A stretch of 64,000 nucleotides of DNA from the NCBI RefSeq assembly GCF_964204645.1, contig NW_027437445.1:52937-116936 (forward strand), in the 5' to 3' direction. Shown here piece after piece: positions 17,201-32,200 of this stretch (position 1 is its first letter; the number at the start of each line of letters is the position of its first letter). This stretch comes from Tubulanus polymorphus. Lineage: Eukaryota; Animalia; Nemertea. Under the pieces are notes generated by a model. It ran no database searches. It saw only the letters and a program-made list of their open reading frames with translations, and was not told the DNA's origin. A program made the translations under genes and the position numbers.

Positions 17201-20200
17201 AAATCGTCAGGAAAAGCACATTTCGGCCCGAAAACGTCGTACAGCGCGAGAAAAGACGTTTTCTCGACGGGAAAAGCACATTTCGGTCCGAAAACGTCGT
17301 TCAGCGCGAGAAAAGACGTTTTCTCGTCAACTTCTCCCCGTATCGGAAAAATGATAATGTCGATGCGCAAAAGCGCTCAAATCGACGGGAAAAACACATT
17401 TCGGCCCGAAAACGTCGTTCAGCGCGAGAAAAGACGTTTTCGTATCGAATATTCCCCCTATCGGAAAAACGACGATGTCGATGCGTATAAGCGCTCAAAT
17501 CGTCAGGAAAAGCACATTTCGGCCCGAAAACGTCGTTCAGGGGGAGAAAAGACGTTTTCTCGTCAACTTCTCCCCGTATCGGAAAAATGATAATGTCGAT
17601 GCGTAAAAGCGCTCAAATCGTCAGGAAAAGCACTTTTCGACCCGAAAACGTCGTTCAGCGCGAGAAAAGACGTTTTCTCGACGGGAAAAGCACATTTCGG
17701 TCCGAAAACGTCGTTCAGCGCGAGAAAAGACGTTTTCTCGTCAACTTCTCCCCGTATCGGAAAAATGATAATGTCGATGCGCAAAAGCGCTCAAATCGAC
17801 GAGAAAAGCATATTTCGGCCCGAAAACGTCGTTCAGCGCGAGAAAAGACGTTTTCGTATCGAATATTCCCCCTATCGGAAAAACGACGATGTCGATGCGT
17901 AAAAGCGCTCAAATCGTCAGGAAAAGCGCATTTCGGCCCGAAAACGTCGTTCAGTGCGAGAAAAGACGTTTTCTCGTCAACTTCTCCCCGTATCGGAAAA
18001 ATTATAATGTCGATGAGCAAAAGCGCTCAAATCGACGGGAAAAGCACATTTCGGTCCGAAAACGTCGTTCAGCGCGAGAAAAGACGTTTTCTCATCAACT
18101 TCTCCCCGTATCGGAAAAATGATAATGTCGATGCGTAAAAGCGCTCAAATCGACTGGAAAAGCACATTTCGGCCCGAAAACGTCGTACAGCGCGAGAAAA
18201 TACGTTTTCGTATCGAATATGCCCCCTATCGGAAAAACGACAATGTCGATGCGTAAAACCGCTCAAATCGTCAGGAAAAGCGCATTTCGGCCCGAAAACG
18301 TCGTTCAGCGCGAGAAAAGACGTTTTCTCGTCAACTTCTCCCCGTATCGGAAAAATGATAATGTCGATGCGCAAAAGCGCTCAAATCGACGGGAAAAGCA
18401 CATTTCGGCCCGAAAACGTCGTTCAGCGCGAGAAAAGACGTTTTCGTATCGAATATTGCCCCTATCGGAAAAACGACGACGTCGATGCGTAAAAGCGCTC
18501 AAATCGTCAGGAAAAGCACTTTTCGACCCGAAAACGTCGTTCAGCGCGAGAAAAGACGTTTTCTCGACGGGAAAAGCACATTTCGGTCCAAAAACGTCGT
18601 TCAGCGCGAGAAAAGACGTTTTCTCGTCAACTTCTCCCCGTATCGGAAAAATGATAATGTCGATGCGTAAAGGCGCTCAAATCGACGGGAAAAGCACATT
18701 TCGGCCCGAAAACGTCGTTCAGCGCGAGAAAAGACGTTTTCGTATCGAATATTGCCCCTATCGGAAAAACGACGACGTCGATGCTTAAAAGCGCTCAAAT
18801 CGTCAGGAAAAGCACTTTTCGACCCGAAAACGTCGTTCAGCGCGAGAAAAGACGTTTTCTCGACGGGAAAAGCACATTTCGGTCCGAAAACGTCGTTCAG
18901 CGCGAGAAAAGACGTTTTCTCGACGGGAAAAGCACATTTCGGTCCGAAAACGTCGTTCAGCGCGAGAAAAGACGTTTTCTCGTCAACTTCTCCCCGTATC
19001 GGAAAAATCATAATGTCGATGCGCAAAAGCGCTCAAATCGACGGGAAAAGCATATTTCGGCCCGAAAACGTCGTTCAGCGCGAGAAAAGACGTTTTCGTA
19101 TCGAATATTCCCCCTATCGGAAAAACGACGATGTCGATGCGTAAAAGCGCTCAAATCGTCAGGAAAAGCGCATTTCGGCCCGAAAACGTCGTTCAGTGCG
19201 AGAAAAGACGTTTTCTCGTCAACTTCTCCCCGTATCGGAAAAATGATAATGTCGATTCGCAAAAGCGCTCAAATCGACGGGAAAAGCACATTTCGGTCCG
19301 AAAACGTCGTTCAGCGCGAGAAAAGACGTTTTCTCGTCAACTTATCCCCGTATCGGAAAAATGAAAATGTCGATGCGCAAAAGCGCTCTAATCGACGGGA
19401 AAAGCACATTTCGGCCCGAAAACGTCGTTCAGCGCGAGAAAAGACGTTTTCTCGTCAACTTCTCCCCGTATCGGAAAAATGAAAATGTCGAAGCGCAAAA
19501 GCGCACAAATCGTCGGAAAAAGCACATTTCGGCCCGAAAACGTCGTTCAGCTCGAGAAAAGACGTTTTCTCGACGGGAAAAGCACATTTCGGTCCGAAAA
19601 CGTCGTTCAGCGCGAGAAAAGACGTTTTCTCGTCAACTTCTCCCCGTAACGGAAAAATGATAATGTCGATGCGTAAAAGCGCTCAAATCGTCAGGAAAAG
19701 CACTTTTCGACCCGAAAACGTCGTTCAGCGCGAGAAAAGACGTTTTCGTATCGAATATTTCCCCTATCGGAAAAACGACGTTGTCGATGCGTAAAAGCGC
19801 TCAAATCGTCAGGAAATGCACTTTTCGACCCGAAAACGTCGTTCAGCGCGAGAAAAAGACGTTTTCGTATCGAATATTCCCCCTAGCAGAAAAACGACGA
19901 TGTCGATGCGTAAAAGCGCTCAAATCGTCAGGAAATGCACATTTCGGCCCGAAAACGTCGTTCAGCGCGAGAAAAGACGTTTTCTCGTCAACTTCTCCCC
20001 GTATCGGAAAAATGATAATGCCGATGCGCAAAAGCGCTCAAATCGACGGGAAAAGCACATTTCGACCCGAAAACGTCGTTCAGCGCGAGAAAAGACGTTT
20101 TCTCGTCAACTTCTTCTCCCCGTAACGGAAAAATGATAATGTCGATTCGCAAAAGCGCTCAAATCGACGGGAAAAGCACATTTCGGCCCGAAAACGTCGT

Positions 20201-23200
20201 TCAGCGCGAGAAAGACGTTTTCTTGTCAACTTCTCCCCGTATCGGAAAATGAAAATGTCGATGCGCAAAAGCGCACAAATCGTCGGAAAAAGCACATTTC
20301 GGCCCGAAAACGTCGTTCAGCGCGAGAAAAGACGTTTTCTCGACGGGAAAAGCACATTTCGGTCCGAAAACGTCGTTCAGCGCGAGAAAAGACGTTTTCT
20401 CGTCAACTTCTCCCCGTAACGGAAAAATGATAATGTCGATGCGTAAAAGCGCTCAAATCGTCAGGAAAAGCACTTTTCGACCCGAAAACGTCGTTCAGCG
20501 CGAGAAAAGACGTTTTCGTATCGAATATTTCCCCTATCGGAAAAACGACGTTGTCGATGCGTAAAAGCGCTCAAATCGTCAGGAAATGCACTTTTCGACC
20601 CGAAAACGTCGTTCAGCGCGAGAAAAAGACGTTTTCGTATCGAATATTCCCCCTAGCAGAAAAACGACGATGTCGATGCGTAAAAGCGCTCAAATCGTCA
20701 GGAAATGCACATTTCGGCCCGAAAACGTCGTTCAGCGCGAGAAAAGACGTTTTCTCGTCAACTTCTCCCCGTATCGGAAAAATGATAATGCCGATGCGCA
20801 AAAGCGCTCAAATCGACGGGAAAAGCACATTTCGACCCGAAAACGTCGTTCAGCGCGAGAAAAGACGTTTTCTCGTCAACTTCTTCTCCCCGTAACGGAA
20901 AAATGATAATGTCGATTCGCAAAAGCGCTCAAATCGACGGGAAAAGCACATTTCGGCCCGAAAACGTCGTTCAGCGCGAGAAAGACGTTTTCTTGTCAAC
21001 TTCTCCCCGTATCGGAAAATGAAAATGTCGATGCGCAAAAGCGCACAAATCGTCGGAAAAAGCACATTTCGGCCCGAAAACGTCGTTCAGCGCGAGAAAA
21101 GACGTTTTCTCGACGGGAAAAGCACATTTCGGTCCGAAAACGTCGTTCAGCGCGAGAAAAGACGTTTTCTCGTCAACTTCTCCCCGTAACGGAAAAATGA
21201 TAATGTCGATGCGTAAAAGCGCTCAAATCGTCAGGAAAAGCACTTTTCGACCCGAAAACGTGGTTCAGCGCGAGAAAAGACGTTTTCGTATCGAATAATC
21301 CCCCTATCGGAAAAACGACAATGTCGATGAGTAAAAGCGCACAAATCGTCAGGAAAAGCGCATTTCGGCCCGAAAACGTCGTTCAGCGTGAGAAAAGACG
21401 TTTTCTCGTCAACTTCTCCCCGTATCGGAAAAATGATAATGCCGATGCGCAAAAGCGCTCAATTCGACGGGAAAAGCACATTTCGGTCCGAAAACGTCGT
21501 TCAGCGCGAGAAAAGACGTTTTCTCGTCAACTTCTCCCCGTATCGGAAAAATGATAATGTCGATGCGTAAAAGCGCTCAAATCGACGGGAAAAGCACATT
21601 TCGACCCGAAAACGTCGTTCAGCGCGAGAAAAGACGTTTTCGTATCGAATATTCGCCCTATCGGAAAAACGACGATGTCGATGCGTAAAAGCGCTCAAAT
21701 CGTCAGGAAAAGCGCATTTTGGCCCGAAAACGTCGTTCAGCGCGAGAAAAGACGTTTTCTCGTCAACTTCTCCCCGTATCGGAAAAATGATAATGCCGAT
21801 GCGCAAAAGCGCTCAAATCGACGGGAAAAGCACATTTCGGCCCGAAAACGTCGTTCAGCGCGAGAAAAGACGTTTTCTCGTCAACTTCTCCCCGTATCGG
21901 AAAAATGATAATGTCGATGCGTAAAAGCTCTCAAATCGACGGGAAAAGCACATTTCGACCCGAAAACGTCGTTCAGCGCGAGAAAAGACGTTTTCGTATC
22001 GAATATTCCCCCTATCGGAAAAACGACGATGTCGATGCGTAAAAGCGCTCAAATCGTCAGGAAAAGCACATTTCGGCCCGAAAACGTCGTACAGCGCGAG
22101 AAAAGACGTTTTCTCGACGGGAAAAGCACATTTCGGTCCGAAAACGTCCTTCAGCGCGAGAAAAGACGTTTTCTCGTCAACTTCTCCCCGTATCGGAAAA
22201 ATGATAATGTCGATGCGCAAAAGCGCTCAAATCGACGGGAAAAACACATTTCGGCCCGAAAACGTCGTTCAGCGCGAGAAAAGACGTTTTCGTATCGAAT
22301 ATTCCCCCTATCGGAAAAACGACGATGTCGATGCGTAAAAGCGCTCAAATCGTCAGGAAAAGCACATTTCGGCCCGAAAACGTCGTTCAGGGGGAGAAAA
22401 GACGTTTTCTCGTCAACTTCTCCCCGTATCGGAAAAATGATAATGTCGATGCGTAGAAGCGCTCAAATCGTCAGGAAAAGCACTTTTCGACCCGAAAACG
22501 TCGTTCAGCGCGAGAAAAGACGTTTTCTCGACGGGAAAAGCACATTTCGGTCCGAAAACGTCGTTCAGCGCGAGAAAAGACGTTTTCTCGTCAACTTCTC
22601 CCCGTATCGGAAAAATGATAATGTCGATGCGCAAAAGCGCTCAAATCGACGGGAAAAGCATATTTCGGCCCGAAAACGTCGTTCAGCGCGAGAAAAGACG
22701 TTTTCGTATCGAATATTCCCCCTATCGGAAAAACGACGATGTCGATGCGTAAAAGCGCTCAAATCGTCAGGAAAAGCGCATTTCGGCCCGAAAACGTCGT
22801 TCAGTGCGAGAAAAGACGTTTTCTCGTCAACTTCTCCCCGTATCGGAAAAATTATAATGTCGATGAGCAAAAGCGCTCAAATCGACGGGAAAAGCACATT
22901 TCGGTCCGAAAACGTCGTTCAGCGCGAGAAAAGACGTTTTCTCATCAACTTCTCCCCGTATCGGAAAAATGATAATGTCGATGCGTAAAAGCGCTCAAAT
23001 CGACTGGAAAAGCACATTTCGGCCCGAAAACGTCGTACAGCGCGAGAAAATACGTTTTCGTATCGAATATGCCCCCTATCGGAAAAACGACAATGTCGAT
23101 GCGTAAAACCGCTCAAATCGTCAGGAAAAGCGCATTTCGGCCCGAAAACGTCGTTCAGCGCGAGAAAAGACGTTTTCTCGTCAACTTCTCCCCGTATCGG

Positions 23201-26200
23201 AAAAATGATAATGTCGATGCGCAAAAGCGCTCAAATCGACGGGAAAAGCACATTTCGGCCCGAAAACGTCGTTCAGCGCGAGAAAAGACGTTTTCGTATC
23301 GAATATTGCCCCTATCGGAAAAACGACGACGTCGATGCGTAAAAGCGCTCAAATCGTCAGGAAAAGCACTTTTCGACCCGAAAACGTCGTTCAGCGCGAG
23401 AAAAGACGTTTTCTCGACGGGAAAAGCACATTTCGGTCCAAAAACGTCGTTCAGCGCGAGAAAAGACGTTTTCTCGTCAACTTCTCCCCGTATCGGAAAA
23501 ATGATAATGTCGATGCGTAAAGGCGCTCAAATCGACGGGAAAAGCACATTTCGGCCCGAAAACGTCGTTCAGCGCGAGAAAAGACGTTTTCGTATCGAAT
23601 ATTGCCCCTATCGGAAAAACGACGACGTCGATGCTTAAAAGCGCTCAAATCGTCAGGAAAAGCACTTTTCGACCCGAAAACGTCGTTCAGCGCGAGAAAA
23701 GACGTTTTCTCGACGGGAAAAGCACATTTCGGTCCGAAAACGTCGTTCAGCGCGAGAAAAGACGTTTTCTCGACGGGAAAAGCACATTTCGGTCCGAAAA
23801 CGTCGTTCAGCGCGAGAAAAGACGTTTTCTCGTCAACTTCTCCCCGTATCGGAAAAATCATAATGTCGATGCGCAAAAGCGCTCAAATCGACGGGAAAAG
23901 CATATTTCGGCCCGAAAACGTCGTTCAGCGCGAGAAAAGACGTTATCGTATCGAATATTCCCCCTATCGGAAAAACGACGATGTCGATGCGTAAAAGCGC
24001 TCAAATCGTCAGGAAAAGCGCATTTCGGCCCGAAAACGTCGTTCAGTGCGAGAAAAGACGTTTTCTCGTCAACTTCTCCCCGTATCGGAAAAATTATAAT
24101 GTCGATGAGCAAAAGCGCTCAAATCGACGGGAAAAGCACATTTCGGTCCGAAAACGTCGTTCAGCGCGAGAAAAGACGTTTTCTCTTCAACTTCTCCCCG
24201 TATCGGAAAAATGATAATGTCGATGCGTAAAAGCGCTCAAATCGACTGGAAAAGCACATTTCGGCCCGAAAACGTCGTACAGCGCGAGAAAATACGTTTT
24301 CGTATCGAATATGCCCCCTATCGGAAAAATGATAATGTCGATGCGCAAAAGCGCTCAAATCGACGGGAAAAGCACATTTCGGCCCGAAAACGTCGTTCAG
24401 CGCGAGAAAAGACGTTTTCTCGACGGGAAAAGCACATTTCGGTCCGAAAACGTCGTTCAGCGCGAGAAAAGACGTTTTCTCGTCAACTTCTCCCCGTATC
24501 GGAAAAAGGATAATGTCGATGCGTAAAAGCGCTCAAATCGACGGGAAAAGCACATTTCGGCCCGAAAACGTCGTTCAGCGCGAGAAAAGACGTTTTCGAA
24601 TCGAATATTGCCCCTATCGGAAAAACGACGACGTCGATGCGTAAAAGGCGCTCAAATCGTCAGGAAAAGCACTTTTCGACCCGAAAACGTCGTTCAGCGC
24701 GAGAAAAGACGTTTTCTCGACGGGAAAAGCACATTTCGGTCCAAAAACGTCGTTCAGCGCGAGAAAAGACGTTTTCTCGTCAACTTCTCCCCGTATCGGA
24801 AAAATGATAATGTCGATGCGTAAAAGCGCTCAAATCGACGGGAAAAGCACATTTCGGCCCGAAAACGTCGTTCAGCGCGAGAATAGACGTTTTCGTATCG
24901 AATATTGCCCCTATCGGAAAAACGACGACGTCGATGCTTAAAAGCGCTCAAATCGTCAGGAAAAGCACTTTTCGACCAGAAAACGTCGTTCAGCGCGAGA
25001 AAAGACGTTTTCTCGACGGGAAAAGCACATTTCGGTCCGAAAACGTCGTTCAGCGCGAGAAAAGACGTTTTCTCGTCAACTTCTCCCCGTATCGGAAAAA
25101 TTATAATGCCGATGCGCAAAAGCGCTCAAATCGACGGGAAAAGCACATTTCGGCCCGAAAACGTCGTTCAGCGCGAGAAAAGACGTTTTCTCGTCAACTT
25201 CTCCCCGTATCGGAAAAAATGATAATGTCGATGCGTAAAAGCGCTCAAATCGACGGGAAAAGCACATTTCGGCCCGAAAACGTCGTTCAGCGCGAGAAAA
25301 GACGTTTTCTCGACAGGAAAAGCACATTTCGGTCCGAAAACGTCGTTCAGCGCGAGAAAAGACGTTTTCTCGTCAACTTCTCCCCGTATCGGAAAAATGA
25401 TAATGTCGATGCGCAAAAGCGCTCAAATCGACGGGAAAAGCATATTTCGGCCCGAAAACGTCGTTCAGCGCGAGAAAAGACGTTTTCGTATCGAATATTC
25501 CCCCTATCGGAAAAACGACGATGTCGATGCGTAAAAGCGCTCAAATCGTCAGGAAAAGCGCATTTCGGCCCGAAAACGTCGTTCAGTGCGAGAAAAGACG
25601 TTTTCTCGTCAACTTCTCCCCGTATCGGAAAAATGATAATGTCGATGAGCAAAAGCGCTCAAATCGACGGGAAAAGCACATTTCGGTCCGAAAACGTCGT
25701 TCAGCGCGAGAAAAGACGTTTTCTCTTCAACTTCTCCCCGTATCGGAAAAATGATAATGTCGATGCGTAAAAGCGCTCAAATCGACTGGAAAAGCACATT
25801 TCGGCCCGAAAACGTCGTACAGCGCGAGAAAATACGTTTTCGTATCGAATATGCCCCTATCGGAAAAACGACAATGTCGATGCGTAAAACCGCTCAAATC
25901 GTCAGGAAAAGCGCATTTCGGCCCGAAAACGTCGTTCAGCGCGAGAAAAGACGTTTTCTCGTCAACTTCTCCCCGTATCGGAAAAATCATAATGTCGATG
26001 CGCAAAAGCGCTCAAATCGACGGGAAAAGCACATTTCGGCCCGAAAACGTCGTTCAGCGCGAGAAAAGACGTTTTCTCGACGGGAAAAGCACATTTCGGT
26101 CCGAAAACGTCGTTCGGCGCGAGAAAAGACGTTTTCTCGTCAACTTCTCCCCGTATCGGAAAAATGATAATGTCGATGCGTAAAAGCGCTCAAATCGACG

Positions 26201-29200
26201 GGAAAAGCACATTTCGGCCCGGAAAACGTCGTTCAGCGTGAGAAAAGACGTTTTCGTATCGAATATTGCCCCTATCGGAAAAACGACGACGTCGATGCGT
26301 AAAAGCGCTCAAATCGTCAGGAAAAGCACTTTTCGACCCGAAAACGTCGTTCAGCGCGAGAAAAGACGTTTTTCTCGACGGGAAAAGCACATTTCGGTCC
26401 AAAAACGTCGTTCAGCGCGAGAAAAGACGTTTTCTCGTCAACTTCTCCCCGTATCGGAAAAATGATAATGTCGATGCGTAAAAGCGCTCAAATCGACGGG
26501 AAAAGCACATTTCGGCCCGAAAACGTCGTTCAGCGCGAGAAAAGACGTTTTCGTATCGAATATTACCCCTATCGGAAAAACGACGACGTCGATGCTTAAA
26601 AGCGCTCAAATCGACGGGAAAAGCACATTTCGGCCCGAAAACGTCGTACAGCGCGAGAAAAGACGTTTTCTCGTCAACTTCTCTCCGTATCGGAAAAATG
26701 ATAATGCCGATGCGCAAAAGCGCTCAAATCGACGGAAAAGCACATTTCGGTCCGAAAACGTCGTTCAGCGCGAGAAAAGACGTTTTCTCGTCAACTTCTC
26801 CCCGTATCGGAAAAATGATAATGTCGATGCGTAAAAGGGCTCAAATCGTCAGGAAAAGCACTTTTCGACCCGAAAAACGTCGTTCAGCGCGAGAAAAGAC
26901 GTTTTCGTATCGAATATTCCCCCTATCGGAAAAACGACGATGTCGATGCGTAATAGCGCTCAAATCGTCAGGAAAAGCACATTTCGGCCCGAAAACGTCG
27001 TTCAGCGCGAGAAAAGACGTTTTCTCGTCAACTTCTCCCCGTATCGGAAAAATGATAATGTCGATGCGCAAAAGCGCTCAAATCGACGGGAATAGCACAT
27101 TTCGGCCCGAAAACGTCGTTCAGCGCCAGAAAAGACGTTTTCTCGACGGGAAAAGCACATTTCGGTCCGAAAACGTCGTTCAGCGCGAGAAAAGACGTTT
27201 TCTCGTCAACTTCTCCCCGGTATCGCGGAAAAATGATAATGTCGATGCGTAAAAGCGCTCAAATCGACGGGAAAAGCACATTTCGGCCCGAAAACGTCGT
27301 ACAGCGCGAGAAAAGACGTTTTCGTATCGAATATTGCCCCTATCGGAAAAACGACGACGTCGATGCGTAAAAGCGCTCAAATCGTCAGGAAAAAGCACTT
27401 TTCGACCCGAAAACGTCGGTCAGCGCGAGAAAAGACGTTTTCTCGACGGGAAAAGCACATTTCGGTCCGAAAACGTCGTTCAGCGCGAGAAAAGACGTTT
27501 TCTCGTCAACTTCTCCCCGTATCGGAAAAATGATAATGTCGATGCGTAAAAGCGCTCAAATCGACGGGAAAAGCACATTTCGACCCGAAAACGTCGTTCA
27601 GCGCGAGAAAAGACGTTTTCGTATCGAATATTCGCCCTATCGGAAAAAACGACGATGTCGATGCGTAAAAGCGCTCAAATCGTCAGGAAAAGCGCATTTT
27701 GGCCCGAAAACGTCGTTCAGCGCGAGAAAAGACGTTTTCTCGTCAACTTCTCCCCGTATCGGAAAAATGATAATGCCGATGCGCAAAAAGCGCTCAAATC
27801 GACGGGAAAAGCACATTTCGGCCCGAAAACGTCGTTCAGCGCGAGAAAAGACGTTTTCTCGTCAACTTCTCCCCGTATCGGAAAAATGATAATGTCGATG
27901 CGTAAAAGCTCTCAAATCGACGGGAAAAGCACATTTCGACCCGAAAACGTCGTTCAGCGCGAGAAAAGACGTTTTCGTATCGAATATTCCCCCTATCGGA
28001 AAAACGACGATGTCGATGCGTAAAAGCGCTCAAATCGTCAGGAAAAGCACATTTCGGCCCGAAAACGTCGTACAGCGCGAGAAAAGACGTTTTCTCGACG
28101 GGAAAAGCACATTTCGGTCCGAAAACGTCGTTCAGCGCGAGAAAAGACGTTTTCTCGTCAACTTCTCCCCGTATCGGAAAAATGATAATGTCGATGCGTA
28201 AAAGCGCTCAAATCGTCAGGAAAAGCACTTTTCGACCCGAAAACGTCGTTCAGCGCGAGAAAAGACGTTTTCTCGACGGGAAAAGCACATTTCGGTCCGA
28301 AAACGTCGTTCAGGCGCGAGAAAAGACGTTTTCTCGTCAACTTCTCCCCGTATCGGAAAAAATGATAATGTCGATGCGCAAAAGCGCTCAAATCGACGGG
28401 AAAAGCATATTTCGGCCCGAAAACGTCGTTCAGCGCGAGAAAAGACGTTTTCGTATCGAATATTCCCCCTATCGGAAAAACGACGATGTCGATGCGTAAA
28501 AGCGCTCAAATCGTCAGGAAAAGCGCAATTCGGCCCGAAAACGTCGTTCAGTGCGAGAAAAGACGTTTTCTCGTCAACTTCTCCCCGTATCGGAAAAATT
28601 ATAATGTCGATGAGCAAAAGCGCTCAAATCGACGGGAAAAGCACATTTCGGTCCGAAAACGTCGTTCAGCGCGAGAAAAGACGTTTTCTCTTCAACTTCT
28701 CCCCGTATCGGAAAAATGATAATGTCGATGCGTAAAAGCGCTCAAATCGACTGGAAAAGCACATTTCGGCCCGAAAACGTCGTACAGCGCGAGAAAATAC
28801 GTTTTCGTATCGAATATGCCCCCCTATCGGAAAAACGACGATGTCGATGCGTAAAACCGCTCAAATCGTCAGGAAAAGCGCATTTCGGCCCGAAAACGTC
28901 GTTCAGCGCGAGAAAAGACGTTTTCTCGTCAACTTCTCCCCGTATCGGAAAAATGATAATGTCGATGCGCAAAATCGCTCAAATCGACGGGAAAAGCACA
29001 TTTCGGCCGAACGCGTCGTTCAGCGCGAGAAAAGACGTTTTCTCGTCAACTTCTCCCCGTATCGGAAAAATGATGTTGATGCGCAAAGCGCTCAAATCGA
29101 CGGGAAAAGCACATTTCGGCCCGAAAACGTCGTTCAGCGCGAGAAAAGACGTTTTCGTATCGAATATTGCCCCTATCGGAAAAACGACGACGTCCATGCT

Positions 29201-32200
29201 TAAAAGCGCTCAAATCGTCAGGAAAAGCACTTTTCGACCAGAAAACGTCGTTCAGCGCGAGAAAAGACGTTTTCTCGACGGGAAAAGCACATTTCGGTCC
29301 GAAAACGTCGTTCAGCGCGAGAAAAGACGTTTTCTCGTCAACTTCTCTCCGTATCGGAAAAATAATAATGTCGATGCGTAAATGCTCTCAAATCGACGGG
29401 AAAAGCACATTTCGACCCGAAAACGTCGTTCAGCGCGAGAAAAGACGTTTTAGTACCGAATATTCCCCCTATCGGAAAAACGACGATGTCGATGCGTAAA
29501 AGCGCTCAAATCGTCAGGAAAAGCGCATTTCGGCCCGAAAACGTCGTTCAGTGCGAGAAAAGACGTTTTCTCGTCAACTTCTCCCCGTATCGGAAAAATG
29601 ATAATGTCGATGCGTAAAAGCTCTCAAATCGACGGGAAAAGCACATATCGACCCGAAAACGTCGTTCAGCGCGAGAAAAGACGTTTTCGTATCGAATATT
29701 CCCCCTATCGGAAAAACGACGATGTCGATGCGTAAAAGCGCTCAAATCGTCAGGAAAAGCGCATTTCGGCCCGAAAACGTCGTTCAGCGCGAGAAAAGAC
29801 GTTTTCTCGTCAACTTCTCCCCGTATCGGAAAAATGATAATGTCGATGCGCAAAAGCGCTCAAATCGACGGGAAAAACACATTTCGGCCCGAAAACGTCG
29901 TTCAGCGCGAGAAAAGACGTTTTCGTATCGAATATTCCCCCTATCGGAAAAACGACGATGTCGATGCGTAAAAGCGCTCAAATCGTCAGGAAAAGCACAT
30001 TTCGGCCCGAAAACGTCGTTCAGCGCGAGAAAAGACGTTTTCTCGTCAACTTCTCCCCGTATCGGAAAAATGATAATGTCGATTCGTAAAAGCGCTCAAA
30101 TCGACGGGAAAAGCACATTTCGACCCGAAAACGTCGTTCAGCGCGAGAATAGACGTTATCGTATCGAATATTCCCCCTATCGGAAAAACGACGATGTCGA
30201 TGCGTAAAAGCGCTCAAATCGTCAGGAAAAGCGCATTTCGGCCCGAAAACGTCGTTCAGTGCGAGAAAAGACGTTTTCTCGTCAACTTCTCCCCGTATCG
30301 GAAAAATGATAATGTCGATGAGCAAAAGCGCTCAAATCGACGGGAAAAGCACATTTCGGTCCGAAAACGTCGTTCAGCGCGAGAAAAGACGTTTTCGTAT
30401 CGAATATTCGCCCTATCGGAAAAACGACGATGTCGATGCGTAAAAGCGCTCAAATCGTCAGGAAAAGCGCATTTCGGCCCGAAAACGTCGTTCAGTGCGA
30501 GAAAAGACGTTTTCTCGTCAACTTCTCCCCGTATCGGAAAAATGATAATGTCGATGCGTAAAAGCGCTCAAATCGTCAGGAAAAGCACTTTTCGACCCGA
30601 AAACGTCGTTCAGCGCGAGAAAAGACGTTTTCGTATCGAATATTCGCCCTATCGGAAAAACGACGATGTCGATGCGTAAAAGCGCTCAAATCGTCAGGAA
30701 AAGCGCATTTCGGCCCGAAAACGTCGTTCAGTGCGAGAAAAGACGTTTTCTCGTCAACTTCTCCCCGTATCGGAAAAATGATAATGTCGATGCGCAAAAG
30801 CGCTCAAATCGACGGGAAAAGCACATTTCGGCCCGAAAACGTCGTTCAGCGCGAGAAAAGACGTTTTCTCGTCAACTTCTCCCCGTATCGGAAAAATGAT
30901 AATGTCGATGCGCAAAAGCGCTCAAATCGACGGGAAAAGCACATTTCGGCCCGAAAACGTCGTTCAGCGCGAGAAAAGACGTTTTCTCGTCAACTTCTCC
31001 CCGTATCGGAAAAATGATAATGTCGATGCGTAAAAGCTCTCAAATCGACGGGAAAAGCACATTTCGACCCGAAAACGTCGTTCAGCGCGAGAAAAGACGT
31101 TTTCGTATCGAATATTCCCCCTATCGGAAAAACGACGATGTCGATGCGTAAAAGCGCTCAAATCGTCAGGAAAAGCACATTTCGGCCCGAAAACGTCGTA
31201 CAGCGCGAGAAAAGACGTTTTCTCGACGGGAAAAGCACATTTCGGTCCGAAAACGTCGTTCAGCGCGAGAAAAGACGTTTTCTCGTCAACTTCTCTCCGT
31301 ATCGGAAAAATGATAATGTCGATGCGTAAAAGCGCTCAAATCGTCAGGAAAAGCACTTTTCGACCCGAAAACGTCGTTCAGCGCGAGAAAAGACGTTTTC
31401 GTATCGAATATTCCCCCTATCGGAAAAACGACGATGTCGATGCGTAAAAGCGCTCAAATCGTCAGGAAAAGCGCATTTCGGCCCGAAAACGTCGTTCAGC
31501 GCGAGAAAAGACGTTTTCTCGTCAACTTCTCCCCGTATCGGAAAAATGATAATGTCGATGCGTAAAAGCGCTCAAATCGTCAGGAAAAGCACTTTTCGAC
31601 CCGAAAACGTCGTTCAGCGCGAGAAAAGACGTTTTCCTCGACGGGAAAAGCACATTTCGGTCCGAAAACGTCGTTCAGCGCGAGAAAAGACGTTTTCTCG
31701 TCAACTTCTCCCCGTATCGGAAAAATGATAATGTCGATGCGCAAAAGCGCTCAAATCGACGGGAAAAGCATATTTCGGCCCGAAAACGTCGTTCAGCGTG
31801 AGAAAAGACGTTTTCGTATCGAATATTCCCCCTATCGGAAAAACGACGATGTCGATGCGTAAAAGCGCTCAAATCGTCAGGAAAAGCGCATTTCGGCCCG
31901 AAAACGTCGTTCAGTGCGAGAAAAGACGTTTTCTCGTCAACTTCTCCCCGTATCGGAAAAATTATAATGTCGATGAGCAAAAGCGCTCAAATCGACGGGA
32001 AAAGCACATTTCGGTCCGAAAACGTCGTTCAGCGCGAGAAAAGACGTTTTCTCGTCAACTTCTCCCCGTATCGGAAAAATGATAATGTCGATGCGTAAAA
32101 GCGCTCAAATCGACGGGAAAAGCACATTTCGACCCGAAAACGTCGTTCAGCGCGAGAAAAGACGTTTTCGTATCGAATATTCGCCCTATCGGAAAAACGA

